In this document: in pieces, positions 29,465 to 38,761 of the stretch
How positions within the stretch are numbered: position 1 is the stretch's first letter
Layout: each line of letters starts with the position of its first letter
Assembly (NCBI GenBank): GCA_050331235.1
Contig: JBHJHA010000036.1
Location: 32,001-96,000, forward strand
DNA: 64,000 nt
Reading direction: 5' to 3'
Source: Leptolyngbyaceae cyanobacterium
Lineage (GTDB): Bacteria; Cyanobacteriota; Cyanobacteriia; Phormidesmidales; Phormidesmidaceae
Notes under the pieces: model-generated
Seen by the model: the letters and a program-made list of their open reading frames with translations, nothing else
Told to the model about the DNA's origin: nothing
Databases searched by the model: none
Translations under genes and position numbers: made by a program

Positions 29465-29995
29465 ATGACGGATCAAATTCGTTTGTTGGAAACCAGTTTT
29501 GCCCAGGTCCGACCTAAGGCGATGGCCTTCTCAGATTGTTTTCACCGCCATTTATTTCAAAACCATCCAGACATCGAGCCCATGTTCAGCGACGTGAGCC
29601 TCGAATTGCAAGAAAAAAAGCTGATCGCTTCCCTTGCGCTCATTGTTGAAAATTTGCATAACCCGGCGGCTTTAGCCCATGCACTTCAAGCCTTGGGGGC
29701 CTATCACGTGACCAAGGGAACCCTGGCAGAGCATTACCCCTATGTGGGGCAGGCCCTGATGCAGGCCTTTGCCGAATTTTTGGGGGATGAATGGACGCCT
29801 GCTGTCGCTGAGGCGTGGCAGGCGGCCTATCGCACGATTTGCGATTTGATGCTGGAGGGGGCGGAGCATCCCCAAGCGTATCTAGAGGGTGAGCTGACCT
29901 TTTATGAATGGCTAGATCTATATGGCGAGTCTAGTCCGACGTTACACAAGCTTGTGGAGTCGACCACCCACTTTAAATATGGCGCTAAAGGGTAG
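29465..29995 (+). CDS. Single-domain globin with C-terminal extension
   Basis: LLETSFAQV, LQEKKLIASL, LGAYH, EHYPYVGQAL, WTP.VAEAW..AY. Confidence 0.85.
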   Translation: MTDQIRLLETSFAQVRPKAMAFSDCFHRHLFQNHPDIEPMFSDVSLELQEKKLIASLALIVENLHNPAALAHALQALGAYHVTKGTLAEHYPYVGQALMQAFAEFLGDEWTPAVAEAWQAAYRTICDLMLEGAEHPQAYLEGELTFYEWLDLYGESSPTLHKLVESTTHFKYGAKG

Positions 29996-30051
29996 CGGCG
30001 TTGATGCAGACCTTTTGACCAAGCGATTTGATATTGATGGAGTCGGTAGTG

Positions 30052-30528
30052 ATGACGGTGAATCGAGGTTCTGACAACCCAGCGATGAATCGGGGCAGCC
30101 GGTGGGCGATCGTGATAATTGCCACCTTTGCGATCGCCGCATTTTGGCTAACTCGTCCGGTAGCGGATGCCCATTTTTCTCCGGTATCTGGCCTAATGTC
30201 GTTGAAAGCCAGTGCTCAACAGGCGATGCCCTATCAGGTCGCAATGCACAATGGCAAGCCGACGCTGATTGAGTTTTACGCTGACTGGTGTACCACCTGC
30301 CAGGGGATGGCCCCTACCTTGGCGTCTATCCACGAGCAATTGGGAGGGTCTGTCAACTGGGTAATGCTGGATATTGATGATCCCCAGTGGCGCGACCAGA
30401 TACAGCAGTTTCACGTTACCGGTGTGCCCCATCTGGTTCTGCAAACGGGGCAGGGGGCGATCGCTGACAGTTTTGTGGGTAAGGTACCCGGGCCCATTCT
30501 CTTACGGAGTATTGAGCAAATGTTCTAG
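30052..30528 (+). CDS. Membrane-anchored thioredoxin (TxlA/HCF164/CcsX-like)
   Basis: TM segment then EFYADWCTTC and GVPH; start uncertain (30037/30052/30085). Confidence 0.85.
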   Translation: MTVNRGSDNPAMNRGSRWAIVIIATFAIAAFWLTRPVADAHFSPVSGLMSLKASAQQAMPYQVAMHNGKPTLIEFYADWCTTCQGMAPTLASIHEQLGGSVNWVMLDIDDPQWRDQIQQFHVTGVPHLVLQTGQGAIADSFVGKVPGPILLRSIEQMF

Positions 30529-30587
30529 GCCTTCTCAAGTTCTACTGCTGTAGTGGAGAAGCGCACGGTTAACTCAGAGGTGAAATC

Positions 30588-30800
30588 ATGTCAAAGCCAT
30601 CCGCCTGTTTCTCGTCCCCGGCATGTGAATGGGTCAATTCGCAGACCCAGCGCGGGGTGAGTGATTACGTGTCAGGGTTGCATCGCCATATGGTCCAGAC
30701 ATCGGTAACTGCACAGGTGCGCAGCAATCTGCAGCTGGCGAGCCTAGAGACTCAGTATTCTCGCTATCTCTCAACGGCGTCTTTGACCCGAAAGGTGTGA
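30588..30800 (+). CDS. Small hypothetical protein
   Basis: GAGGTG RBS; stop overlaps the next start (GTGA). Confidence 0.4.
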   Translation: MSKPSACFSSPACEWVNSQTQRGVSDYVSGLHRHMVQTSVTAQVRSNLQLASLETQYSRYLSTASLTRKV

Positions 30801-31024
30801 CCCAAATGGCAATTTTAAATCGGTTGCTGCTTTTACTGAAGTTTTTGGAAACCCTGGTTGAGTTCGGCGATTTTTTAACCACTCCGGTGGGAATTGCTGG
30901 AATCTTCTGCCTGATCAGCTATCCGGCGTTTACGTTAATGGGGTGCGACCCCACGGCGGCCGCCATTTTGGCGAGTACGGCAGCACTCACTGTACACTGC
31001 ACCGTAAATCATCCAAGCGATTAG
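30797..31024 (+). CDS. Small hydrophobic hypothetical protein
   Basis: Overlaps the previous ORF and ends 10 bp before the ChaN gene. Confidence 0.35.
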   Translation: MTQMAILNRLLLLLKFLETLVEFGDFLTTPVGIAGIFCLISYPAFTLMGCDPTAAAILASTAALTVHCTVNHPSD

Positions 31025-31034
31025 GGACTGCTCA

Positions 31035-31916
31035 ATGTCAATCCGATTTCAACTTTGGGGTTGGGGCTGGGCCCTCGCGGGCACGTTGCTAATCACCGCA
31101 CCCGCCTGTTCTGGCGATGAGGCGATCGCCCCGCAGTCAACGCCGATGGTCCTCTCTAGTACTGAGGATGACGCCTTTCAAGCCTTACAGTCAGCCGATG
31201 TAGTTTACTTAGGAGAACGGCACGATAGCCCCCTTGACCACGCAGCTCAACTAGAGATCATTAAGGCCCTTTATGCCGCCGATCCAGAGATTGCGATCGC
31301 CCTAGAGATGTTTCAGCGGCCCTTTCAACCGGTGATTGATCGGTATCTAGCGGGAGATATTTCCGAGGCAGCCCTAGTCAAGCAGACTGAATACCAAGAA
31401 CGTTGGGGCTTTCCCTGGGAGTTTTACGCGCCGGTCGTGCGGTTTGCCCAGGCCCAAGACCTGCCTGTGCTCGCACTGAATGCCCCCGCGGAAATCACCC
31501 GACAAATTGCCCGCGAAGGGCTTACTAGCTTATCCGGCAATGACTTTCGCTATATTCCACCGGTTGAGGCGATCGACACCACTAACCCAGACTACCGCGA
31601 CTTTGTCACCGCTGCGTTTGGTGCTCACGGGGCCCACGGAGATTTTAATTTCGACAACTTTTTTGCGGCGCAGGTGACCTGGGACGAAACGATGGCCATG
31701 ACCATTGCTGAGTTTAAGGCCGATAATCCCGATACTCAGGTCGTCGTATTGGCGGGTAATGGACACGTGATCTACGGCTGGGGCATTCCTGACCGGGTAC
31801 AGCGCCGACTGGGCGAGGAGCTGATACAGCAAATTGTGGTGCTGAATCCGAGTCCTGAGGTGGAGCAGGCAAAGGGGGCGATCGCCGATCTCTTTTGGTA
31901 CAGCGAAGGGCCATAG
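31035..31916 (+). CDS. ChaN-family (heme-binding, iron-regulated) lipoprotein
   Basis: Lipobox-like PAC, VVYLGERHD, ALEMF, AQVTWDETMA, VLAGNGH..YG.GIP.RV.RR. Confidence 0.88.
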   Translation: MSIRFQLWGWGWALAGTLLITAPACSGDEAIAPQSTPMVLSSTEDDAFQALQSADVVYLGERHDSPLDHAAQLEIIKALYAADPEIAIALEMFQRPFQPVIDRYLAGDISEAALVKQTEYQERWGFPWEFYAPVVRFAQAQDLPVLALNAPAEITRQIAREGLTSLSGNDFRYIPPVEAIDTTNPDYRDFVTAAFGAHGAHGDFNFDNFFAAQVTWDETMAMTIAEFKADNPDTQVVVLAGNGHVIYGWGIPDRVQRRLGEELIQQIVVLNPSPEVEQAKGAIADLFWYSEGP

Positions 31917-31950
31917 GCTTCGCAACGCCCAGATTGACAACCTGGTGTTG

Positions 31951-32874
31951 CTAGGCCAAATTCAGCGCCCCTTGGCGGCGTAACGCCTGCTTTTGTTCGG
32001 GTGATAATCCAGAGGCACCAGTGAACAATGCTCCCCGCACCTTGGCCTGAGCAAACTGTGTGCCGTCGAGTTGGGCGTTTTCTAAATTGGCCTCCCGGAG
32101 ATCAGCACCCCTTAGGTTGGCCCGACTTAAGTTGGCTGATGCGAAATAAGCGCCATAGAGCGATGCTCCTCGCAGATCTGCCTCCATTAATATTGCATTC
32201 CAAAGATTGCTACAGTCGAGCTGGGTCATTTGCAGAATCGCTCCGGTGAGATCGCTTTCCGACAGATCGCAGTTCAGCATGTCGGCTTCGGATAAGTTGG
32301 CCCCCATGAGCAGGGCACTGGAAAGCCGCGATTGAGTCAAGGTGGCGCCCGCTAAAGAGACGCCCACCAGCGTAGCTTGATGCCACGACGATTGGGAGAG
32401 GTTGGCGGTGGCAAAGCTCGATTGACTAAAATTGGCTGCATCGCTTTGGGCCCCCACGAGGCTAGCCTGGTCAAACCGCGATCGAGGAGCCTCAATAGCG
32501 CGCAGATCAGCCTGATCAAAGCAGGACTGGCGCGCATTGACTTGTTCCATTTGACTGCCGTACATCATGACACCGGCAGCGATCGCCTGTTGCAAGTTGG
32601 CCCGGTGCAACTGAGCCTGAGTTAAGTTGGCTTGCCGTAAGCAAGCGGCTTCTAACCGACACTCAGACAAATCAGCGAGGATCAGCGTCGCCTGAGAAAA
32701 GTCAGCAGCCCAACAGGAAGCACGATGTAGCTTAGCTCGGCGCAAGTAAGCCCCTGAAAAGTTGCCCTCATTCAAACAATTTTGACTGAGATCCAAATTG
32801 CTTAATTCAGCCCTCGCAAGGGATTGCCCTGCCTGTAGTTTGGCGAGCACCTGTGAGATGGCTAACTGTGCCAT
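31951..32874 (-). CDS. Pentapeptide-repeat protein
   Basis: Continuous A(N/D)L(S/R)X repeats; GAGGAG RBS before ATG 32874. Confidence 0.9.
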   Translation of the reverse strand: MAQLAISQVLAKLQAGQSLARAELSNLDLSQNCLNEGNFSGAYLRRAKLHRASCWAADFSQATLILADLSECRLEAACLRQANLTQAQLHRANLQQAIAAGVMMYGSQMEQVNARQSCFDQADLRAIEAPRSRFDQASLVGAQSDAANFSQSSFATANLSQSSWHQATLVGVSLAGATLTQSRLSSALLMGANLSEADMLNCDLSESDLTGAILQMTQLDCSNLWNAILMEADLRGASLYGAYFASANLSRANLRGADLREANLENAQLDGTQFAQAKVRGALFTGASGLSPEQKQALRRQGALNLA

Positions 32875-32915
32875 GGCAACCTCCTCTAAACACTTCAATA
32901 TCATAAAAGGTTCCC

Positions 32916-32929
32916 GTATCAGGGGCTAC
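32916..32929. promoter_or_regulatory. Consensus NtcA box upstream of the pentapeptide gene
   Basis: GTA-TCAGGGGC-TAC, about 42 bp upstream of the start. Confidence 0.55.
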
Positions 32930-33154
32930 AAAATAAATGCTGGTTTTATGGAGTAGCGATTTCAGTAATTTTGCTGGCAGCTTGGCAGCCTCAAAACTTT
33001 GTGATTGCGCTGTCAAACGCTTTGACTGCAAGCGGTTGAGCGCTTGGGGGGCAGTATTTCTGGCCGCTACAGTGTTCCGTGACGCAGCTAGAGCGTATGT
33101 GATTCCTACAGAAGAAGACTGAACCGATATGCCGCAGATTGACCGCCTAAGTGG

Positions 33155-34198
33155 CTATGAGTGCCGATGACACCATGCCAAGATGCGATTCCAGGCCCAC
33201 CAGCAGTCCGGATCGCCGGCCTCAGCCTGTCCTGCGGCGCTGCTGACATAGCCGACATGCCCACCCGATGAGGTCAGATACAAGTCAATGTGCGGGTTAT
33301 AGGCACAGGCCGTTTTGAGATCAGAGACCAAGGTGGGGGCAAATAGCGGATCATCTGCTGCATACAGGATTAAAGTTGGCTTATGGAGCCGGGGCAAGAG
33401 TGGCAGCGGGCTGCTGGCAGCGTAGTAGTCAGCGACCGTATCAAACCCTAATCGGCTAATCACAAGCTCTTCGTCAAACTGCCAAATACTGTTGGCGCGT
33501 TCGATCGCTGCAGGCTCAAACTTGCCTGGGTGCTGTTGGTGCAACTGCCAAGCAAGTTGCTGTAGCTTTTGCGCGATTCCCTGCTCAATGAAACGACCCA
33601 CCGGATGTGCGGTCAAATAGCGCAGTGATCGCTCAGAGTCGAGGCTAGGGCAAATGACAGCTCCCCCTCCAATCTCATCGCTGGATAAATTGGCTATGTC
33701 GAGGGACTGAGCCGCTTTGATGCCCCAAAGCGCGAGTTGTCCTCCCAAAGAGTAGCCAGTGAACCAAAACGGTGGAGGGCAGCCGAGGGCCTTGGCTTGG
33801 GCGGCAATATACACAAAATCGTCGCCCTCGTAGAGGCCGTCGGATGTGAGGGTTGGTGACAGCTCTGCGGTTTTGCCATGGGCCCGCCAGTCGACCAGCA
33901 CAACTGCATACTGGGCCGCGATCGCTTTACGGCCTAGCAGCTTGAGATACCACTGGTTGTCTAAGCTGCCAGTAATGCCATAGGTACCAATGAGGGTGCC
34001 TCGAGGCTGTGAGGGAACCGCCCACTCTCCATAAATCGGAACATGTTGCGCGCCCGAAAAGACATGTCCCTGGTAAATCGGCTCGGTCAGTTGCGTTGTG
34101 GACTCCCACGTTTGGCTAGCAACCTGAGCAATGTAGGCTGTCATGGCTAGTCCAGAGGTGAGATACCAGGGCGGCGTAAATGTCGGAATGGATGCCAA
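33155..34198 (-). CDS. YheT-family alpha/beta hydrolase
   Basis: GYSLGG nucleophile elbow, AADDPL, GGHVGY. Confidence 0.85.
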   Translation of the reverse strand: MASIPTFTPPWYLTSGLAMTAYIAQVASQTWESTTQLTEPIYQGHVFSGAQHVPIYGEWAVPSQPRGTLIGTYGITGSLDNQWYLKLLGRKAIAAQYAVVLVDWRAHGKTAELSPTLTSDGLYEGDDFVYIAAQAKALGCPPPFWFTGYSLGGQLALWGIKAAQSLDIANLSSDEIGGGAVICPSLDSERSLRYLTAHPVGRFIEQGIAQKLQQLAWQLHQQHPGKFEPAAIERANSIWQFDEELVISRLGFDTVADYYAASSPLPLLPRLHKPTLILYAADDPLFAPTLVSDLKTACAYNPHIDLYLTSSGGHVGYVSSAAGQAEAGDPDCWWAWNRILAWCHRHS

Positions 34199-34288
34199 AG
34201 GTCTGCGAGTAAAAGTTGTGGAGGAGCTAACTTCTTCAGATTAGGACAAATAGCTCTAAATCACAGCCAGCAACCATAGCATCGAGGT

Positions 34289-34543
34289 TTAGTCCCTCTC
34301 GCCACCCCGGCGGGGGTTGAGAGCATCGTAGCTGAGAGTTAGCTGGTACCAAAGTTTGCCGATCTCGTTGTAAGCTGCCTCCGGGGCAATCTTGCCACCA
34401 GTCTCCAAGCCGCAAATCGTATTCACCCTTGATGCAAACTCTTGCAAGTTAGCGTTAAACGCCAAATTCTGCGGCGAGAACTGTCCGTAATAGCGGCTGC
34501 GAGGCGATAAAAATTCGTTATTGTGGGGATCGTGAGCCGTCAT
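34289..34543 (-). CDS. Conserved small cyanobacterial protein
   Basis: RYYGQFSPQNLAFNANLQEFA.RV..ICGLETGGKI motif. Confidence 0.8.
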   Translation of the reverse strand: MTAHDPHNNEFLSPRSRYYGQFSPQNLAFNANLQEFASRVNTICGLETGGKIAPEAAYNEIGKLWYQLTLSYDALNPRRGGERD

Positions 34544-34689
34544 AGCGTTTTAGGTGGATGCAGTTGTCAATCAAGTGATCAAGCATGCGAGATGTCTATA
34601 CATCTATTATTTTACGTTAACTATCTCTTAATCGCTAATTTGCTGACAGTGATTCTCATCACTCTTCATGTTTACAGGAAATTAAGGTC

Positions 34690-35112
34690 ATGTCGCGATC
34701 GCTCAGTATCGTTCTGCTAACTATTGTTCAGGCTGCGATGGGTTTGTTGTCTCTGACTTCCGGTATATTTTTGCTGCTGCTAGTCACCGGCACCGTGGAA
34801 GTGTTCAACCAAGACTTGCAAGGACTGTCTCTATCGCTCAAAGTCCTGATTGCGTTGGGGGTGGCTATCAGCCTATTTGGTCTAGTGGTAACCTACGGCT
34901 TTTGGCGACTACAGTCTTGGGGATGGACGGGCTCCATCCTGTTTCAAGTGCTGTGCATTGCCAACAACGGTTTGGCCAGTTTAGTCGGCCAGGAAATTTC
35001 CAGAAGTGCCCTATTTTCGGTCGCATTTAGTGCCACGCTGATTGCCGCCTTTTACTTGCCCAGTGTGCGTGATGTGTTTGAGCCATTGACTCGCTCAGCT
35101 TCTGACGGCTGA
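34690..35112 (+). CDS. Small 4-TM membrane protein
   Basis: Hydrophobic; YGFWRLQSWGW, YLPSVRDVF. Confidence 0.65.
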   Translation: MSRSLSIVLLTIVQAAMGLLSLTSGIFLLLLVTGTVEVFNQDLQGLSLSLKVLIALGVAISLFGLVVTYGFWRLQSWGWTGSILFQVLCIANNGLASLVGQEISRSALFSVAFSATLIAAFYLPSVRDVFEPLTRSASDG

Positions 35113-35307
35113 GAACTGGGGTTCCGCAGGGAGCCGCACGCTGTAGAGCAGCGCGTCGGCTGAGTTTCAACTGGCCAGCTGCTCTTGTTTTCTCTAGGCC
35201 CTGGCTTCCTGAAGTTTCTGGATTCGCCCCAGTGCTATGAGCGGCGACTGTGGTGGCAAGGAGGCGATCAAGCCTAAAAGCAGTCAGGCCAATTCAGTGA
35301 ACCCACC

Positions 35308-36030
35308 TCATTCAGTTGAGGCGGCTGGGGTGCTGGCAGCGCTGCGACGTTTGGATTTCTGAGCCGGATCCATCCAAGCTTCTAACCAGGCAAAGGCTTG
35401 GGCAGAGACCGTGTTGAGCACCAGATACACCAGCGCGACGGTGATGTAAATTTCAAAAGCGCGATAGTTCTGGGCCACGATTAGCTGCCCGCGACGAAAG
35501 AGTTCCTCGTAGCCAATCACGGCGACAAGGCTGGTGTCTTTGAGCAAGGTGATAAATTCATTACCCAACGGCGGAATCATGCGTCGAAACGCCTGGGGAA
35601 ATACTACGTAGCGCATCGTTTGGACGGGACTCAGCCCCAGAGAAGCCGACGCTTCGCGCTGTCCCAACTCAATAGACTGAATCCCCCCCCGGACAATTTC
35701 AGCCAGGTAGGCGGCTGAGTTGAGGCTTAATGCCAACACGGCTGCTACAAAGCGATTGAAGGTGAATGTAGTGCCCAGACTGTTGGCAAAAGCGGGAATG
35801 CCAAAGTAGATCATGAAAATTTGCACCAGCAGGGGCGTGCCCCGAAAAAAATCGATGTAAATTCGACTGGCCAACTGGATGGGCTTGAAAGTTGACAACC
35901 GAGCGATGCCTAGCAGCGTGCCGCCGACCAACCCAAAAATGACAGACATTGCAGTTAGCTGCAATGTGGTGACAGCCCCGACCAGCAAGGTCGGCAAGGC
36001 ACTCAAAGCATACTCTAGAGACTCCAGCAC
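35308..36030 (-). CDS. Polar amino-acid ABC transporter permease (His/Glu/Gln/Arg family)
   Basis: FRGTPLLVQ, AYLAEIVRGGIQS, GQREASASLG, LLKDTSL; GTG start at 36030 with GAGGAG RBS (the track's longer ORF overlaps ggt). Confidence 0.88.
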   Translation of the reverse strand: MLESLEYALSALPTLLVGAVTTLQLTAMSVIFGLVGGTLLGIARLSTFKPIQLASRIYIDFFRGTPLLVQIFMIYFGIPAFANSLGTTFTFNRFVAAVLALSLNSAAYLAEIVRGGIQSIELGQREASASLGLSPVQTMRYVVFPQAFRRMIPPLGNEFITLLKDTSLVAVIGYEELFRRGQLIVAQNYRAFEIYITVALVYLVLNTVSAQAFAWLEAWMDPAQKSKRRSAASTPAASTE

Positions 36031-36163
36031 TGCGATCGCGCTCCTCAAACAACTCAGCACATAATCTCGCCATGGTATCAGCGCCGTGACCGACGCGGCG
36101 TTCTGTCTGGACTTCTCACAAAAAGAGTTCCGGGTGCTGCGAACCGACCTAGCCTGTCTAGGG

Positions 36164-37765
36164 CTACAGTGCCACAGCTGCTCCATCGCTGCGGGGGTCG
36201 CAGCCGCCTTCGTAACGGGAGCCATCGCCGCTACAGCGAATGACATGGGCATGGCCCATTTTTTCAGTCCAGTCAGGTTCAACTTTGAGGCTGTGCCCAA
36301 GGGTTTGGAGCTGCTGTCGAACAGGCTGAGGAATTCGCCTCTCGAGTGCTAATTTGGTCTCTCGCTCTCCCCAGGTGCGGCCCCACCGCCAGCGTGGCGC
36401 GTCAACCGCCGCCTGGGGCATGAACCCAAAATCAAGTAGCCGGGTCAGAAGTGCAAGCTGGGTTTGCGGCTGACCTTCGCCGCCCATGGTGCCAAGCACG
36501 AGATGAGGAGAACCATCAGCCGACAGCACCATCCCTGGCATCAAAGTATGAAAGGTGCGTTTGTGGGGCGTTAGCACATTGCTGTGAGCTGCCTCCAACG
36601 AAAAAAAGCAGCCGCGATTTTGCAAAACAAAGCCAGTACCAGGCACAATGACCGCTGAGCCATAGTCAAAATAGACGCTCTGGATGACGGAGACGGCATT
36701 TCCCGCAGGATCGGTGACAGCAGTGTAAACGGTATCGCCGCCAATCGTGGGGGGGTGACTAACGCCGGCTGCCTCCCGCGATAAGTGTTGCCGTTGCTGA
36801 TCGCTGTAACGTTTGTCAATCAGTTCAGCTAGGGGAATATCGACAAAGTTGGGGTCGGTGAGCCAGCGATCGCGGTCTTTAAACGCTAGCTTGGTTGCTT
36901 CGACCATCAGATGATAGTAGTCGGCTGTCCCTTCTCCCCAAGTCGTCAGGTCGAACGCTTCGATCAGATTGAGCATTTGCAGCAGCACAAATCCTTGGGA
37001 ATTGGGCGGCATTTGGGCGATGCGGTACCCGCGATACCGAGTCTCTATAGGCGTGCACCAGTTAGATTGATGCTGGGCTAAATCTGCCGTCGTCAACAGG
37101 CCGCCAATACCGGCTAGGTGTTGGGCAATCTGATCGGCGATCGCCCCTTGGTAAAAACTCGCCGGTCCCGCTTCGGCCAGGCATTGTAAGGTGTTGCCCA
37201 AATCAGGGTTCGTCACCACAGCTCTTGCTTTGGGCAGTCGGCCGCTGGGCAAAAATGGGCAGGACTGGGGGGAATAGCGCTGAAAAATCGGGCGATCGCG
37301 GCGTGTCCAGTAGGCCTGGGAACTGCTCATGGGATACCCCCGCCGTGCCAAGCTAATGGCCGGCTGCAGGAGTGCGGCCCAATCAAGCTTCCCGAACCGC
37401 TGATGGGCTTTGCCCCAGGAGTCAACGGCCCCCGGCACCGTCTGCACCCCCAGAGGCCCCCGCTCCGGAATTGCGCTCAACCCCTGGCGCTGGTAGAACT
37501 CAGGCTGAGCCGCCGCGGCTGCGCGGCCTGACCCATTCAGCCCCCGTAGGGAATGAGTCGGCTGGTCATAAATGAGCCAAAAAGCATCGCCCCCCACCCC
37601 AGTCATGTGGGGATAGACGACCCCTAAGGCTGCCTGGGTGGCGATCGCTGCGTCAACAGCATTGCCGCCTGCCCGCAAAATATCGGCACCTACCTGGGAG
37701 GCCAAATAGTGGGGGGAAACCACAATGCCCTGGTCAGAGACCACTGGTGGGGAACTGCCGCTCAC
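36164..37765 (-). CDS. ggt: Gamma-glutamyltransferase family protein
   Basis: GGNAVDAAIA, GGDAF, GDT (catalytic Thr), LQNRG..F, GTMGGEGQPQ, DPRSDG. Confidence 0.88.
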   Translation of the reverse strand: MSGSSPPVVSDQGIVVSPHYLASQVGADILRAGGNAVDAAIATQAALGVVYPHMTGVGGDAFWLIYDQPTHSLRGLNGSGRAAAAAQPEFYQRQGLSAIPERGPLGVQTVPGAVDSWGKAHQRFGKLDWAALLQPAISLARRGYPMSSSQAYWTRRDRPIFQRYSPQSCPFLPSGRLPKARAVVTNPDLGNTLQCLAEAGPASFYQGAIADQIAQHLAGIGGLLTTADLAQHQSNWCTPIETRYRGYRIAQMPPNSQGFVLLQMLNLIEAFDLTTWGEGTADYYHLMVEATKLAFKDRDRWLTDPNFVDIPLAELIDKRYSDQQRQHLSREAAGVSHPPTIGGDTVYTAVTDPAGNAVSVIQSVYFDYGSAVIVPGTGFVLQNRGCFFSLEAAHSNVLTPHKRTFHTLMPGMVLSADGSPHLVLGTMGGEGQPQTQLALLTRLLDFGFMPQAAVDAPRWRWGRTWGERETKLALERRIPQPVRQQLQTLGHSLKVEPDWTEKMGHAHVIRCSGDGSRYEGGCDPRSDGAAVAL

Positions 37766-37842
37766 GACTGCATGGGTGAACGCCTCAACAGGATGGAAAA
37801 ACCAACGGTTGGCAAGTCAACAGCTTTCCGTTCAGCCAGCGA

Positions 37843-38604
37843 TCAGCCTAACCGATAGCCAAATCCTCGCACTGTTTTAAGGTATTGGGGTTTGCTGGGG
37901 TCTTCTTCCAACTTTTCGCGAATCCAACGAATGTGGACATCCACCGTTTTGTTGTCGCCCATGAAGTCATGTCCCCAAACCTTATCGATAATCTGATCGC
38001 GGGACCAAACCCGCTTGGGCTGGCTCATAAACAGCTCTAAAATGCGAAACTCTTTGGGCGATAGGCTAACTTCCTCACCCTTGAGGAAGACGCGGCACTC
38101 TTTGGGATTCAAGGCCACTTCTTCGAAGCGCAAAACGGGGTCAGGATCGGGCTCTGCGGCCCCACGCTGGCGACGGAGTAGGGCTCGACATCGAGCAATT
38201 AGTTCGCGCATCCCAAAGGGTTTGATGAGATAGTCATCGGCGCCGACTTCTAGGCCAACTACGCGATCGGTTTCAGTGCTCTTAGCGCTCAATATCAGTA
38301 AGGGAACGTCAATGCCTTGATGTCTCAGCAGTCGGCATAGGTCCAAACCATTCATGCCAGGGAGCATCAAATCTAAGATTACTAAGCTGATATCCGCCGG
38401 GGCTTGTCGGGTGCCGGTGCGCTTGCCCCCCAGGATCTCAAGCGCTGTCAGGCCGTCACCGGCGACCATGACCTCGAAACCGACTTCTGCTAAGGCCAGT
38501 CCAATGGTTTCACGAATCAGCTCTTCATCCTCGACGATGAGAACTTTTCCCAATCCAATCCGAACATTCTGTTCGTAAGCAGAAGCCAGCGTTAAAGATG
38601 ACAT
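37843..38604 (-). CDS. OmpR-family response regulator, SphR/PhoB-like
   Basis: VEDE, LDLMLP, GLEVGADDY, KTVDVHIRWIREKLE.DPS.P.Y..TVRGFGYR. Confidence 0.85.
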   Translation of the reverse strand: MSSLTLASAYEQNVRIGLGKVLIVEDEELIRETIGLALAEVGFEVMVAGDGLTALEILGGKRTGTRQAPADISLVILDLMLPGMNGLDLCRLLRHQGIDVPLLILSAKSTETDRVVGLEVGADDYLIKPFGMRELIARCRALLRRQRGAAEPDPDPVLRFEEVALNPKECRVFLKGEEVSLSPKEFRILELFMSQPKRVWSRDQIIDKVWGHDFMGDNKTVDVHIRWIREKLEEDPSKPQYLKTVRGFGYRLG

Positions 38605-38761
38605 AGGAATATTGAGTCACTTACACAGATAAATTTAGCAACCTATCGGTCTCTTTTAAACCGATCATAATCTCTTCACCATTCAACCATTAGATAGCGC
38701 TACGCTGCCTCTTTTTTGACAGAGATTTGAGGGTGAGTCCTTGACTACGCAGTTGACCCGA

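Noticed and set aside
25129..29995. Flavohemoglobin, globin-coupled sensor or NO synthase
   Set aside because: No FAD/NAD reductase, signalling or NOS oxygenase domain is attached to any globin.
36031..36300. N-terminal extension of the ABC permease shown in the ORF track
   Set aside because: It overlaps the ggt 3' end; a GAGGAG RBS supports GTG 36030.
38640..38695. Pho-box-like repeats upstream of the SphR-like regulator
   Set aside because: Too degenerate relative to CTTAACCT repeats.
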